Shown here piece by piece: positions 49,004-58,168 of a DNA stretch of 64,000 bases (position 1 is its first letter; each line of letters opens with the position of its first letter). Source of the stretch: an uncultured virus (IMG/VR IMGVR_UViG_2061766007_000883) (taxonomy: Duplodnaviria; Heunggongvirae; Uroviricota; Caudoviricetes). Location: the IMG/VR virus record IMGVR_UViG_2061766007_000883; one strand, written 5' to 3'. Under the pieces are notes generated by a model. That model was given only the letters and a program-made list of their open reading frames with translations. It ran no database searches and was not told the origin of the DNA. The translations under genes and the position numbers were made by a program.

Positions 49004-49415
49004 GGGCGGTGAGCATGAGCTGCGCCCGTGTCGTCTTTGAGACAACAGGCATGCCCGTGTCGTCCGTGGATACGACTGTCAGGCTATCCTGCACGCTGAC
49101 AAGCAGGTTTGGAGCGCTTGGTGGAAAATATACAAGCACATTGCCTGACAGGCCGCACGGGTCCAGAAGGACGATAGGGCTGGCGGACATGCAGAGTCTC
49201 CAGACGCGTGGGTCCAAGGACACGATAGACCCAGCGTCTGGAGAACTGCAAGGTTCCTGACGGATGAACGAGAGCCAGGGAGCGTTTTCGTTGCCTGAAT
49301 CTGTTACAGGCATCCGGTAAATGACACCCGTGGTCAGGTGCTCCCCATTCGAGGTGAGCACCGACTCGTATTCGTCCGGGGCGATTCCGCGTATTGGCTC
49401 AAGCCCCGCCAAAGT
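49004..49415 (+). ncRNA. putative RT-associated structured ncRNA (msr/msd-like)
   Basis: About ten nested helices fill the gap upstream of the RT, including a 61-nt long hairpin at 49190-49250. Confidence 0.65.
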
Positions 49416-49434
49416 GTAGCAGGAATAAATCATT

Positions 49435-50385
49435 ATGTTTGATTTTGACTTGCCCGCCGACCTCAGCTGGAGAGTGGCGAGAATACCAAAGGAGAACAAA
49501 CCAGGGGAGTTCAGGAAACTTACAATCCCGAACGACGACCTCATGGAAGTTCAGAAAGATATCCTACAATATCTCTATACGGTCAAGGAGCTCTGGCCAA
49601 CGATTTTCGCGCATGGTTTTGTGCCTTACAGGAATACAAGCACGGGAATAGCGCGGCATGACAGGCTGTCTGACGTGTTCATATGCGCGGACGTCAAGGA
49701 CTTCTTTGACAACTTCTGGGTGGAGAGGACAAGGGAGCAGATGATACGGGTGCTTCCCGTGCATCTTGTGGACAAGATGCTCACGGCGTGCACGTATGAA
49801 GGGCATCTGCCGCAAGGCGGCCCGTGCAGTCCGTGGCTGACGAACATCGGCATGATTGAAGCCGACAAGATGATAGCCGCGTTCACGAAGAAGAACGGGT
49901 TCACGTACACACGGTATGCGGATGACATGACAATGTCTCAGCGGTTCGAGGTCACAGGCAACAAGCCACGGAAATCGTATCGCTACATATTCGAGGGCAT
50001 CGACAAGATACTCAAGGAGCACATGCATCTGCATTTGAACTGGAAGAAGAACCACGTCATCAATTTGTCAGGCGGCGACGCCAGGCAGGTTACGGGTGTC
50101 GTGATTCGCAAGGACGGGCTGGGATACAATGCGCCGTCGAAGATGCGTCGCATGGTGCGAGCCATGTTGTGCAACCTTGCAAACAAGGTGTACGACCAAC
50201 ATGGGCGCTATGACAACGACGACCTGTATGAATGGCATAAGATTGTCGGATACATCAGATACTTTGACAATCTTAGAAGCTACGGTGATGGAGAGGCGGC
50301 GAGTGCCGACCCTGTGATACAGCCAAAGTTCTTTAACTACCTATTGGAGATAATGCCGATATGTCAGCTGAACAAGACCGCCTGA
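49435..50385 (+). CDS. retron-type reverse transcriptase
   Basis: IPK...RKLTIP, AHGF, GIARH (NAxxH-like region X), DVKDFF, LPQGGPCSP, catalytic YTRYADD and QVTGVV (retron VTG motif); 316 aa. Confidence 0.88.
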   Translation: MFDFDLPADLSWRVARIPKENKPGEFRKLTIPNDDLMEVQKDILQYLYTVKELWPTIFAHGFVPYRNTSTGIARHDRLSDVFICADVKDFFDNFWVERTREQMIRVLPVHLVDKMLTACTYEGHLPQGGPCSPWLTNIGMIEADKMIAAFTKKNGFTYTRYADDMTMSQRFEVTGNKPRKSYRYIFEGIDKILKEHMHLHLNWKKNHVINLSGGDARQVTGVVIRKDGLGYNAPSKMRRMVRAMLCNLANKVYDQHGRYDNDDLYEWHKIVGYIRYFDNLRSYGDGEAASADPVIQPKFFNYLLEIMPICQLNKTA

Positions 50386-52357
50386 CCTACGAGCGCCTGC
50401 TGGAGCAGGTAGCCGAGGCAGACAATATGTACTACAATGAGAACGCGCCGGTGATGGATGACGCCGCGTACGACCAGCTCATTGTTCAAATCAAGGCAAT
50501 CGAACAAAGTCATCCGGATTGGACAAGTCCGTCCAGCCCCACGCAGCGTGTTGGCGGAAAAGTGTCTGGCGAGTTCGCAAAAGTGGCGCATCCGTGCCGG
50601 ATGCTTAGTCTTGATAATGCGTTCAACATGGAAGACCTGAACGCGTTCGACACACGTGTCCGCAAGGCTGGAGGGGACAAGTTCACTTATGGATACCTGG
50701 TCGAACCGAAGCTCGACGGCCTTACACTGGTCGTCGAGTACAGGAACGGCGAGTTTTTCCGAGCCGTGACACGAGGCGACGGCACGACGGGCGAAGATGT
50801 CACGGCGGNNNNNNNNNNNNNNNNNNNNNNNNNNNNNNNNNNNNNNNNNNTGTCCGTGGAGAAGTCATCATGGAGAAGGAGGTGTTCCGCAAGCTGAATG
50901 ACGAGTTGCTCGCAAAAGGCATGAAGTCATTCGCCAATGCACGGAACGCCGCGTCCGGATCGCTACGGCAGAAAGACCCAGCCATCACACGGCAGCGCCA
51001 GTTGTGGATAATCTTCTATGACCTGTATGACACCGAGAACAACACCCCCGACGGCGAGCAACGGGCATGGGAGCAGAGCAAGGTCGAAGGCATCAAGGAA
51101 CTTGGGCTTCCGACAATCAACGACATGACGTACATCGTGGACAATATCCAGGAAGCGTATGACGCATGCCAGAAGTTCTGTGAAATCCGGGACGAGTTCG
51201 GTTTTGACATTGACGGCGCTGTTGTCAAGCTGAACGACGGTGGACTGCAGAAGGAACTTGGCGAAGGCAACCATTCGCCCAACTGGGCAATGGCGTACAA
51301 GTTCCCGGCAGAGCACATGTCGACGGATTTAAAGGATGTCGTGTGGCAGATTGGACGTACAGGCAAGGTGACGCCTGTGGCGGTATTCGAGCCCGTGCAG
51401 ATAGCGGGTACGACCGTCGACCATGCCAGTTTGCACAATTGTGATTACATCAAGGCGCTGGATTTGCATTATGGTTCCATCATATCCGTGTACAAGGCGG
51501 CAGAAATTATACCTCAAGTAGAAATTTGCCTTGTGCAGGGAACAGGTGAACGTGTCACGCCGCCTAAGGCGTGTCCATGCTGCGGTACAGGGCTTGTGCG
51601 CGATGGCGTCGCGCTGGTGTGTCCGAACAAGTTCTGCAAGGACAGGATTTGCGCGAACATCGAGTTCTTCTGCGAACGCGACCACATGGATATCCGTGGA
51701 GTAGGTCCGTCCATCATCGGCAAGCTGGTGGACAATGGCATGAACCATCCGTTGGATTTGTATGCCTTGACATATGAACAGCTGGTTGGCATGCAGGATG
51801 TAGGCGACAAGAAAGCGAAAGCCATATTGGCAGAGATTGAGAAATCAAAGGCCAAGCCGTTTGCGAAAGTGCTGGCGTCGCTTGGTGTCATCATGCTGGG
51901 CGACACGCTGTCGGAAACGGCGGTGCGCAAGTTCAAGAACATCGACGACATGGTGGCGGCAACGAAGGCCGACTGGACGCAGATAGACGGCGTTGCCGAC
52001 GTGATGGCCGAAGCTATAGTGAACGAACTGACTTCGTTCGACATGAAGCTCGTCATCGGTAAGTGCAAGCAAATCGGCCTGAATCTTCAAATCGAGGAAT
52101 CAGGCAAGCCGCAGACGCTGGCCGGGCTGGCGTTCTGCGTGACCGGGACTCTGTCCAAAGGGCGAGAGGATGTCAAGGCGGAAATCCTGGCGCACGGAGG
52201 CGTGTTCCAGTCAGGCGTGTCCAAGAAGACAAGCTACTTGGTGGCTGGCGAAGGCGGAGGCGGCAAGCGTGACAAAGCGGCAGCCTTGGGCGTAACCGTC
52301 ATCAACGAGGCGCAGCTTAACATGCTCATCAACGGCGTGACTGGAGCGGAACAATGA
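50361..52357 (+). CDS. ligA: NAD-dependent DNA ligase (spans N gap)
   Basis: YY..DAAYD domain Ia, MLSLDN, EPKLDG, TRGDG, NARNAASGSLRQ, DGAVVK, AYKF, CPCC zinc finger, HhH repeats and a BRCT domain. Confidence 0.93.
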
Positions 52358-53316
52358 CGGAACCAGCGCAAATAGCCATAGACAACGCCATGCCGGGCGA
52401 CACCGCGCTCCTTGTGCAGGGGCCGGCGTCTGTCCTATTGCAGCACGGCGGAATCATGACAAGGATGCAGTACAGTTCGGTGGAGTCCATGGGGCTCGAC
52501 ACGTTCAAGCACAAGGTGCTTCCGAAGTTGAAGTGCGACCAGGCGGAACGCGACCTGTATTGCATCAGGGACACGTTGGACGGTGTCATGACGCTCATTC
52601 TCGGTGACCAGGTCATCAAGTACAATCTGACGAACATCGAGGAATGTGGCGTAAAGAACATCATCAAACTTGTGAGGGAGGAGGCCAGGGTGGAGGAGGC
52701 CGTTGTGACGGCTCCTGACCTGCCGTGGTCATTGGTTGCCAAAGTGCAGACCAGGACGCACCGTAACATCACAGTGCGGCTTCCTGAGACGTACAGGCGG
52801 TTCTACATGCCGAAATGCGACGTGGACATCCATATATGGTATCCGCCGCTATGGGCGTGCGTCACGATGCCCGCCACCGGAAAGACGGCGCACATGATGT
52901 ACTTGGCGATAGAGAAGGCGTTCAACATGGATTGGCGCAAAACGGAGCTCTTGCAACTGCCGTTGCCGAACGTGTTCGAGTCCGACGGCAGTATCTGCTA
53001 CGGCAACGTGTCGCTGGCGACGGCTTTGACAGGACAGACGACGGACGCGCAAATCATCATGTCTATGATGACGATGTTCTTCGATTCCGAGTTCAACGAC
53101 CACCTGCTTGAGTATTACAGGTTCAATGAAATCGTGGGTAATGCGTACAACGAACTGCCCGAAGATAAGGAAATGGAACGGCTGGTGAACAAACACTATG
53201 CCTGTGCGGATTTCCTCAAGGAGTTGAGAGTGCTTAAGGAGAAGAACGGATGGAGGAAGCTGAAGTTCGAGCCGCACCACAAAAGTCCGGTAGATTTTGC
53301 GCAAAGCAACTACTGA
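52354..53316 (+). CDS. prokaryotic E2 (ubiquitin-conjugating enzyme-like) protein
   Basis: LPLPNVFESDGSICYGN with a candidate catalytic Cys and FFDSEFNDHL, typical of Prok-E2 (family D / PRTRC-B-like); context supports the call. Confidence 0.72.
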   Translation: MTEPAQIAIDNAMPGDTALLVQGPASVLLQHGGIMTRMQYSSVESMGLDTFKHKVLPKLKCDQAERDLYCIRDTLDGVMTLILGDQVIKYNLTNIEECGVKNIIKLVREEARVEEAVVTAPDLPWSLVAKVQTRTHRNITVRLPETYRRFYMPKCDVDIHIWYPPLWACVTMPATGKTAHMMYLAIEKAFNMDWRKTELLQLPLPNVFESDGSICYGNVSLATALTGQTTDAQIIMSMMTMFFDSEFNDHLLEYYRFNEIVGNAYNELPEDKEMERLVNKHYACADFLKELRVLKEKNGWRKLKFEPHHKSPVDFAQSNY

Positions 53317-53538
53317 CTAGGAAATCGCTGGCGGCGGACAGGATTCCGCCGCCGGAGATTGTTCAGANNNNNNNNNNNNNNNNNNNNNNNNNNNNCTGTG
53401 CCGAGCTGACGACCATCATGGACGCGTTCGACATAGCCATCAGGGACAGGCGTACGGCTGTGCTGGCCGAGAATACGCGGCGCTTGGTGCAGGAGGCGGC
53501 AAGCGCGGATGACGATTTGGATGAAATGGACATAAGGC

Positions 53539-54750
53539 ATGCGAACAACTAAATACGCGGTCGACAGGACCGGCTTCTACACGCATCTGTCAAGCCCGCT
53601 GCTGGACGGATGGGAGAAGACGGAATTGCCAAAGCATATACGGAATTACGTGACGGACGCTCCTGAGAAACTGGACATGGGCGTACGATGGAAAGGCTCG
53701 AAACTGCCGTCATCCATGATGGCGCAGGTTCTAGGCACAATCAAGCAGTTCCCGCATCGGGAGACAGGATACGTCCTGTACTACAGGATGTCCGATAAGT
53801 CTTGGCGCATCGAGTGCCCAGAGCAGGACGGAAGCGGCGGGCATGTCGACTTCACAGGCAAGCCCACAATAGACGGCTACGCCGAAATCGGCACGATTCA
53901 CACGCATCCTGAAATGTGTGCGGAATGGTCAAGCATCGACATGCATGACCAGGCTGGCAAGTTCGGCCTTCATATGGTAATCGGCACACGCGACGGTTTT
54001 GCGGACAAAATAAAGTGCACGGTGTTCACGAACCTTGGACATTACGACCAGGAACTATGGAATGTCGTGGAAAGCATCGACTTCCATCAGACGTACGAGC
54101 CGCGTAAGGACTGGCTCGAAACGCTGAACAAGCCAAAGCCCCAGCCACTGGTAAAGCATGGCGTGTTTCCAGGCTATCCGGAGACAGGCACCATCAGGAA
54201 TACCATGGAGGACGAGCTCGACGACTGGCGTGGACGCGGCGTGCGGTACAGCGACTGGCTGGAGAGCTACTTCGGACGAGACTACATGCAGCAACGCGAA
54301 CAGAAGCGCGAGGAATCATCAGTGCGGTCAGGCCTTTGGACTACTGGCCTGCGTGAGCAAATTGAGAAAGCCAAGGAGACGGCGTTCAACAAAGGCTACG
54401 ATGAAGGCTACAGGAAGGCCATGGAGGCCGTTGTCGGCAACGTCATGGGAAGCCTGGTGAAGCTGGACGACAGCACGATGCCCGCTACAGTCGACGCCAA
54501 ACGAGTGAACATCATCCGCGACTTTCTCGATGAGCATGGCGTGCAGACGGTGGACTTGAGCGTCAAGGCCAACGCGTCTACCACGTTCCAGCAATTGGAG
54601 CTTCTGGTTGCGCGGCTTGTCCAGTGGCTCAAGCACCAGGACGCGAACGAAAACGTTCAGTCCACAGCCAAGGGGCGCAAAGGCAAACCGAAGCGTCTGC
54701 GCACGGCCATTGTAGGGCTGTTCCGTAAGCTGATGGGGAAGAAGGGCTGA
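53539..54750 (+). CDS. JAB/MPN+ metallopeptidase (deubiquitinase-like) with C-terminal extension
   Basis: E...GTIHTHPEMCAEWSSIDMHD (HxH-x7-S-x2-D) and GLHMVIG. Confidence 0.85.
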   Translation: MRTTKYAVDRTGFYTHLSSPLLDGWEKTELPKHIRNYVTDAPEKLDMGVRWKGSKLPSSMMAQVLGTIKQFPHRETGYVLYYRMSDKSWRIECPEQDGSGGHVDFTGKPTIDGYAEIGTIHTHPEMCAEWSSIDMHDQAGKFGLHMVIGTRDGFADKIKCTVFTNLGHYDQELWNVVESIDFHQTYEPRKDWLETLNKPKPQPLVKHGVFPGYPETGTIRNTMEDELDDWRGRGVRYSDWLESYFGRDYMQQREQKREESSVRSGLWTTGLREQIEKAKETAFNKGYDEGYRKAMEAVVGNVMGSLVKLDDSTMPATVDAKRVNIIRDFLDEHGVQTVDLSVKANASTTFQQLELLVARLVQWLKHQDANENVQSTAKGRKGKPKRLRTAIVGLFRKLMGKKG

Positions 54751-54751
54751 C

Positions 54752-55621
54752 ATGCTGAACATCTATGTGATAGGATGCGGAGGCATCGGAGGCTATCTTG
54801 TGGAGCTGATGCCGCAGGCGCTCTGCAGCATCAGTCTAGATGTCCTGTCCGAGCACGGGACGGACATATCGGTCTGGATGAACACGCCTGGCACGGTAAG
54901 GCTTCCGTGCATAGCCGACCGCCTGGTGTTCATCGACGCCGACGTGTTCGATCCGCATAATGCCATACGGCAGGCCGGAGTGGCCGGAAGCAAGCTGGGC
55001 AACGCATTGCGCAAGATACGAAACCACATGGTGGTAAGCGGTATGATGCAAGGACTGAAAGTCCTTGGATGGGACGCGTATGCGTCACCTAAGACATTCG
55101 CGGAAATGATTCCCAAGATTCCGGAACCAAACCAGGACAACACCGGCATGGAGACCCTTGCGGCATCGCATCTTGACGGAAGATTGTGGAATACGACTGT
55201 CGTGTTCCTGTGCGTGGACAACGCCAAGACACGTTACGAAGTCTCCCAGTACATGGAGGACTTCAGCGATTGTCTCGTGGTCAACGGCGGCAACAGCAAG
55301 ACCGTGGGCCACGTGACAATATATGAGCGCCACCGAGGAGCGGCGCTGGACCCTGTCTTGTACGAAGTGTATCCTGAAATCGCTGCGGGCAAGGACAAGC
55401 GGCCGGACGAGGACGATTGCACGACCATCGGACACAATCACGACCAGGTGGCAATCGTCAATTCGGTTATAGCGGATGTGATGATGGGGCTGTTCGGACG
55501 CTGGGCGCGAGTGGGACTCGACTACAAGGACAGCCGCAACAACCAGAAAAGGCATAATGAAGTATTCATTGATTTGGATAACTTTCATATGACCTCCATG
55601 TATCACCCAAAAGGAGGATGA
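54752..55621 (+). CDS. ThiF/E1-like ubiquitin-activating enzyme
   Basis: IGCGGIG, IDADVFDPHNAIRQ, LCVDNAKTR, NGGN, and a candidate catalytic Cys in RPDEDDCT. Confidence 0.88.
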   Translation: MLNIYVIGCGGIGGYLVELMPQALCSISLDVLSEHGTDISVWMNTPGTVRLPCIADRLVFIDADVFDPHNAIRQAGVAGSKLGNALRKIRNHMVVSGMMQGLKVLGWDAYASPKTFAEMIPKIPEPNQDNTGMETLAASHLDGRLWNTTVVFLCVDNAKTRYEVSQYMEDFSDCLVVNGGNSKTVGHVTIYERHRGAALDPVLYEVYPEIAAGKDKRPDEDDCTTIGHNHDQVAIVNSVIADVMMGLFGRWARVGLDYKDSRNNQKRHNEVFIDLDNFHMTSMYHPKGG

Positions 55622-56010
55622 CAATGGCGACAATAGTATTCAAGGTGCAGAGCACCCGTATCGGAAGCATCGACCTGCCGGAAGGGGCGACAGTGGCCAC
55701 GGCCCTGGACAAACTCGCAAAGGCTGGACTTGATGTGTCAGATGCGGAGGCCGTCGTGCATCGCGTACACAAAGGAGCCCCATACGCGGGTGACCCAGGC
55801 GCATACGTCTTGCGTACGGGCGACGCAATGGAGTTAAGCACGTACAAGGCTGACTTGGAAGCGCTTAAGCATAAGACCGAACAGACTGCGAAGGAAATCG
55901 CGGTACTGCAGGCTGAGGCTGAGCGTTCCAAGACGGCTACGTGCAAGGAAGCAGGCACAGCGGACGGCGCAGTCAAGCCGGGACGCAAGATACCTGTTTC
56001 AGTTGACTGA
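55618..56010 (+). CDS. ubiquitin-like (beta-grasp) domain plus coiled-coil tail
   Basis: IDLPEGATVATAL...YVLRTGDAMEL matches the ThiS/MoaD/Ubl pattern. Confidence 0.6.
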   Translation: MTMATIVFKVQSTRIGSIDLPEGATVATALDKLAKAGLDVSDAEAVVHRVHKGAPYAGDPGAYVLRTGDAMELSTYKADLEALKHKTEQTAKEIAVLQAEAERSKTATCKEAGTADGAVKPGRKIPVSVD

Positions 56011-56015
56011 GTAAG

Positions 56016-56040
56016 GGAAGGCGGCAAGGTGCCGCCTTCC
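56016..56040 (+). promoter_or_regulatory. intergenic GC-rich hairpin upstream of the tandem Ubl gene
   Basis: GGAAGGCGGC-AAGGT-GCCGCCTTCC, a perfect 10-bp stem with no U tract. Confidence 0.6.
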
Positions 56041-56078
56041 AGAGGCAATTGTAATTTATCAGTAAAGGAAAACCAAGC

Positions 56079-56642
56079 ATGAAGACCATCACCATCACCG
56101 ACAACAACAACGAAACCGTCACCGTCCAGATCCCCGAAACCAACGACAACGGCACCCCGACCACGCTGACGGACCTCTGCCACAACGATGCCGTTACCTC
56201 GTTGTTCGACCTCGACGGCGATGAAATCGAAAGCGAAGTCACCGCGCTGAACGAGACGGACATCCCGGACGCGTTCCGCAAGCAGATGTTCGCGGCCGAA
56301 ATCGAAGACGGCGCCACGGTCACTGTCGACCTTGACTTCGTGAACAAGCCCGAAACCCAGGGCAACGGCGCCACGGTCGGCGCGGCCGGCACGGTCACGG
56401 TGTGCACCTCCGGCGGTCTGAACTCCTGCACGGTGACCATCACCAACGGCCAGACCACCATCCGCCAGGCCATCTTCAACGACACCGTCCGCCAGAGCTC
56501 CGGCCAGACCGACGCGCAGCTCTCCAGCTGCTCGGTCATGCTGAACGAAGTCGCGGTCGACCCCAGCGTGTTCGACACGCGCACAGTCAGCGACGGCGAC
56601 GTCATCCAGTTGACGGTGCTCGCGCCCCATACCAAGGGCTGA
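56079..56642 (+). CDS. tandem two-domain ubiquitin-like protein ending in Gly
   Basis: Two beta-grasp-like units (..LNE...IEDGATVTV and ..LNE...VSDGDVIQL); C-terminus ...PHTKG*. Confidence 0.7.
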   Translation: MKTITITDNNNETVTVQIPETNDNGTPTTLTDLCHNDAVTSLFDLDGDEIESEVTALNETDIPDAFRKQMFAAEIEDGATVTVDLDFVNKPETQGNGATVGAAGTVTVCTSGGLNSCTVTITNGQTTIRQAIFNDTVRQSSGQTDAQLSSCSVMLNEVAVDPSVFDTRTVSDGDVIQLTVLAPHTKG

Positions 56643-56660
56643 TAACAGGAAAGGACTAGA

Positions 56661-57155
56661 ATGAACGCGAGAGTCTGGAAGATTCATATCCCTGTGAGAC
56701 CCAAAGCCGTGCAATCCGTACGCGGAGGAACGCATGGGTTCTACGCAGACAAAAATGTAGTGAAATGGAAAAATCAGATTCGACCGTTCATCCAGTCCGC
56801 CTGTATAGGCAAGGGCGGCCCTACAAAGCTGCCTTTGCGCATAACACGGCTTGTCTACGTGTTCAAGTATCCGAAGAAGACGCCAAAGGCTGTCGCCAGC
56901 TTCATAGACGCAGGCGGAATCGTCCCTTACATAGGTTGCGCAGACATAACGGACAATCTGGCCAAAGGCCTGGTTGACTGCTGCGCAGGGCTTGTGTTCG
57001 AGAACGATAAGCAGATATGGTGGACATGTGATACGAAGAAAATCTATGGCGCCATGGATGGAATGTCAATAGAGTTCACGGAGACACCGGATGTCATGCT
57101 GGTGGACGGGACGTACGGTTCCGGCAGAAAGGCCGGTCCTGACGAGCTGTTCTGA
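56661..57155 (+). CDS. rusA: RusA-like Holliday junction resolvase
   Basis: DITDNLAKGLVDCCAGLVFENDKQI matches the RusA DxDNxxKxxxD...DD motif. Confidence 0.8.
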   Translation: MNARVWKIHIPVRPKAVQSVRGGTHGFYADKNVVKWKNQIRPFIQSACIGKGGPTKLPLRITRLVYVFKYPKKTPKAVASFIDAGGIVPYIGCADITDNLAKGLVDCCAGLVFENDKQIWWTCDTKKIYGAMDGMSIEFTETPDVMLVDGTYGSGRKAGPDELF

Positions 57156-57212
57156 CAGGGCCTTTCTTGTTCGTGCGCCAGTGGAATGCCTTAACGGGCT
57201 TTTCACTGGCAC

Positions 57213-58168
57213 ATGTTTTATCTAGCAAAGTTTTTAGACATGGAATATGAAGAAAAGTTTTGGCATATATCGGACACGTGCGACTGTCCAGTAAAAGTTC
57301 GCGCATCGACAGACAAGGACAGGGATTTGCTCGACAACATCATTGTAAAGAGCAAGGACTTGCGTGACAGCTTTCCATGGCATCCTTTCGTCGTGTTCAT
57401 GAATCTGTACAACTGGTGGCGAAACCAGAGCGTTAAATCGACCGAGTTATGGCGGTTCCGCATGATGCACATACGGAGGATGACGAAGGTGTTCAAGGCG
57501 CGTTCCAAGCCCGATTCACGCATAGGCTACACGGACATGTCACTGGCCGACCTGAACGCGATGACGAAAATCATCTGCGCAGACTGGGACATGCTCGGCG
57601 TGTACGTATCTCCGGCTTTCGACGAGTGGATACCGGAGGACGGTGTTCCGTATTCTTGGTTCACACGGTACGTGGAGGCGTGGCGCAGGTCGTTGGCGCA
57701 TGCGACGCAACTGGACGACACTCACAAGAACGACGAGGGAAGGGTCAGCCAGCGCGACCGTGTGAACGCTTTCATCCACTACTGGATGGCGNNNNNNNNN
57801 NNNNNNNNNNNGACTTGAACGACAAGATACTGGGCATGCGTACCTATCACAACATAGACATGCATGCACAAGTCACGTACACAATGCCGTTCGTGGCGGA
57901 TGAAAAGGTGCTTCGAGGCATTGTATGCCTGTCAGGTTTGGCAGCGCGCAATGACATCGACAACGTGCGTGTGAACGACGACAACACGGTGAGCATAGAC
58001 ATGCCGCTTGAGCTCGGAGACAGCTATCCATGCGTCGAAGGGCTGCGGATTGAGGCATTGAAAGCACAGGCAAGGACTGTGGATACCATATACAAGACAA
58101 TGACGGACCTCGTACATTCACTTGACAATCTGAAGGAGGTAACGGACAATGCTGACGGTGTTCACTGA
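57213..58168 (+). CDS. hypothetical protein (probably one gene across the N gap)
   Basis: MFYLAK...HYWMA, gap, then DLNDKILG...ADGVH*. Confidence 0.45.

Noticed and set aside
48867..49544. ORFs 49009-49260 (+) and 48867-49544 (-) as real genes or a retron effector
   Set aside because: Composition is not protein-like, the minus ORF is antisense to two real genes, and dense base-pairing explains the region better. A small effector cannot be fully excluded.
49435..50385. DGR or group II intron reverse transcriptase
   Set aside because: It has PQGGPCSP and the retron VTG motif rather than the DGR-type SQ motif. I saw no TR/VR repeat pair or avd gene, it is too short for a maturase, and no intron domain V/VI follows.
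50789..50870. Programmed frameshifts or pseudogenes at split ORFs (ligase, 6.6 kb, 9.6 kb, 12.8 kb, 32.6 kb, 41.1 kb, 43.1 kb, 57.8 kb, 61.8 kb)
   Set aside because: Each frame change coincides with an N run of uncertain length, so these are assembly artefacts.
54752..55621. ThiF as a thiamine or molybdopterin biosynthesis gene
   Set aside because: No thiG, thiS-operon or moa genes nearby; the neighbours are E2, JAB and Ubl, which points to protein conjugation.
42010..56735. Long antisense ORFs (for example 42010-43449 and 55566-56735 on the minus strand)
   Set aside because: They mirror strongly codon-biased GC-rich sense genes and show no motifs.
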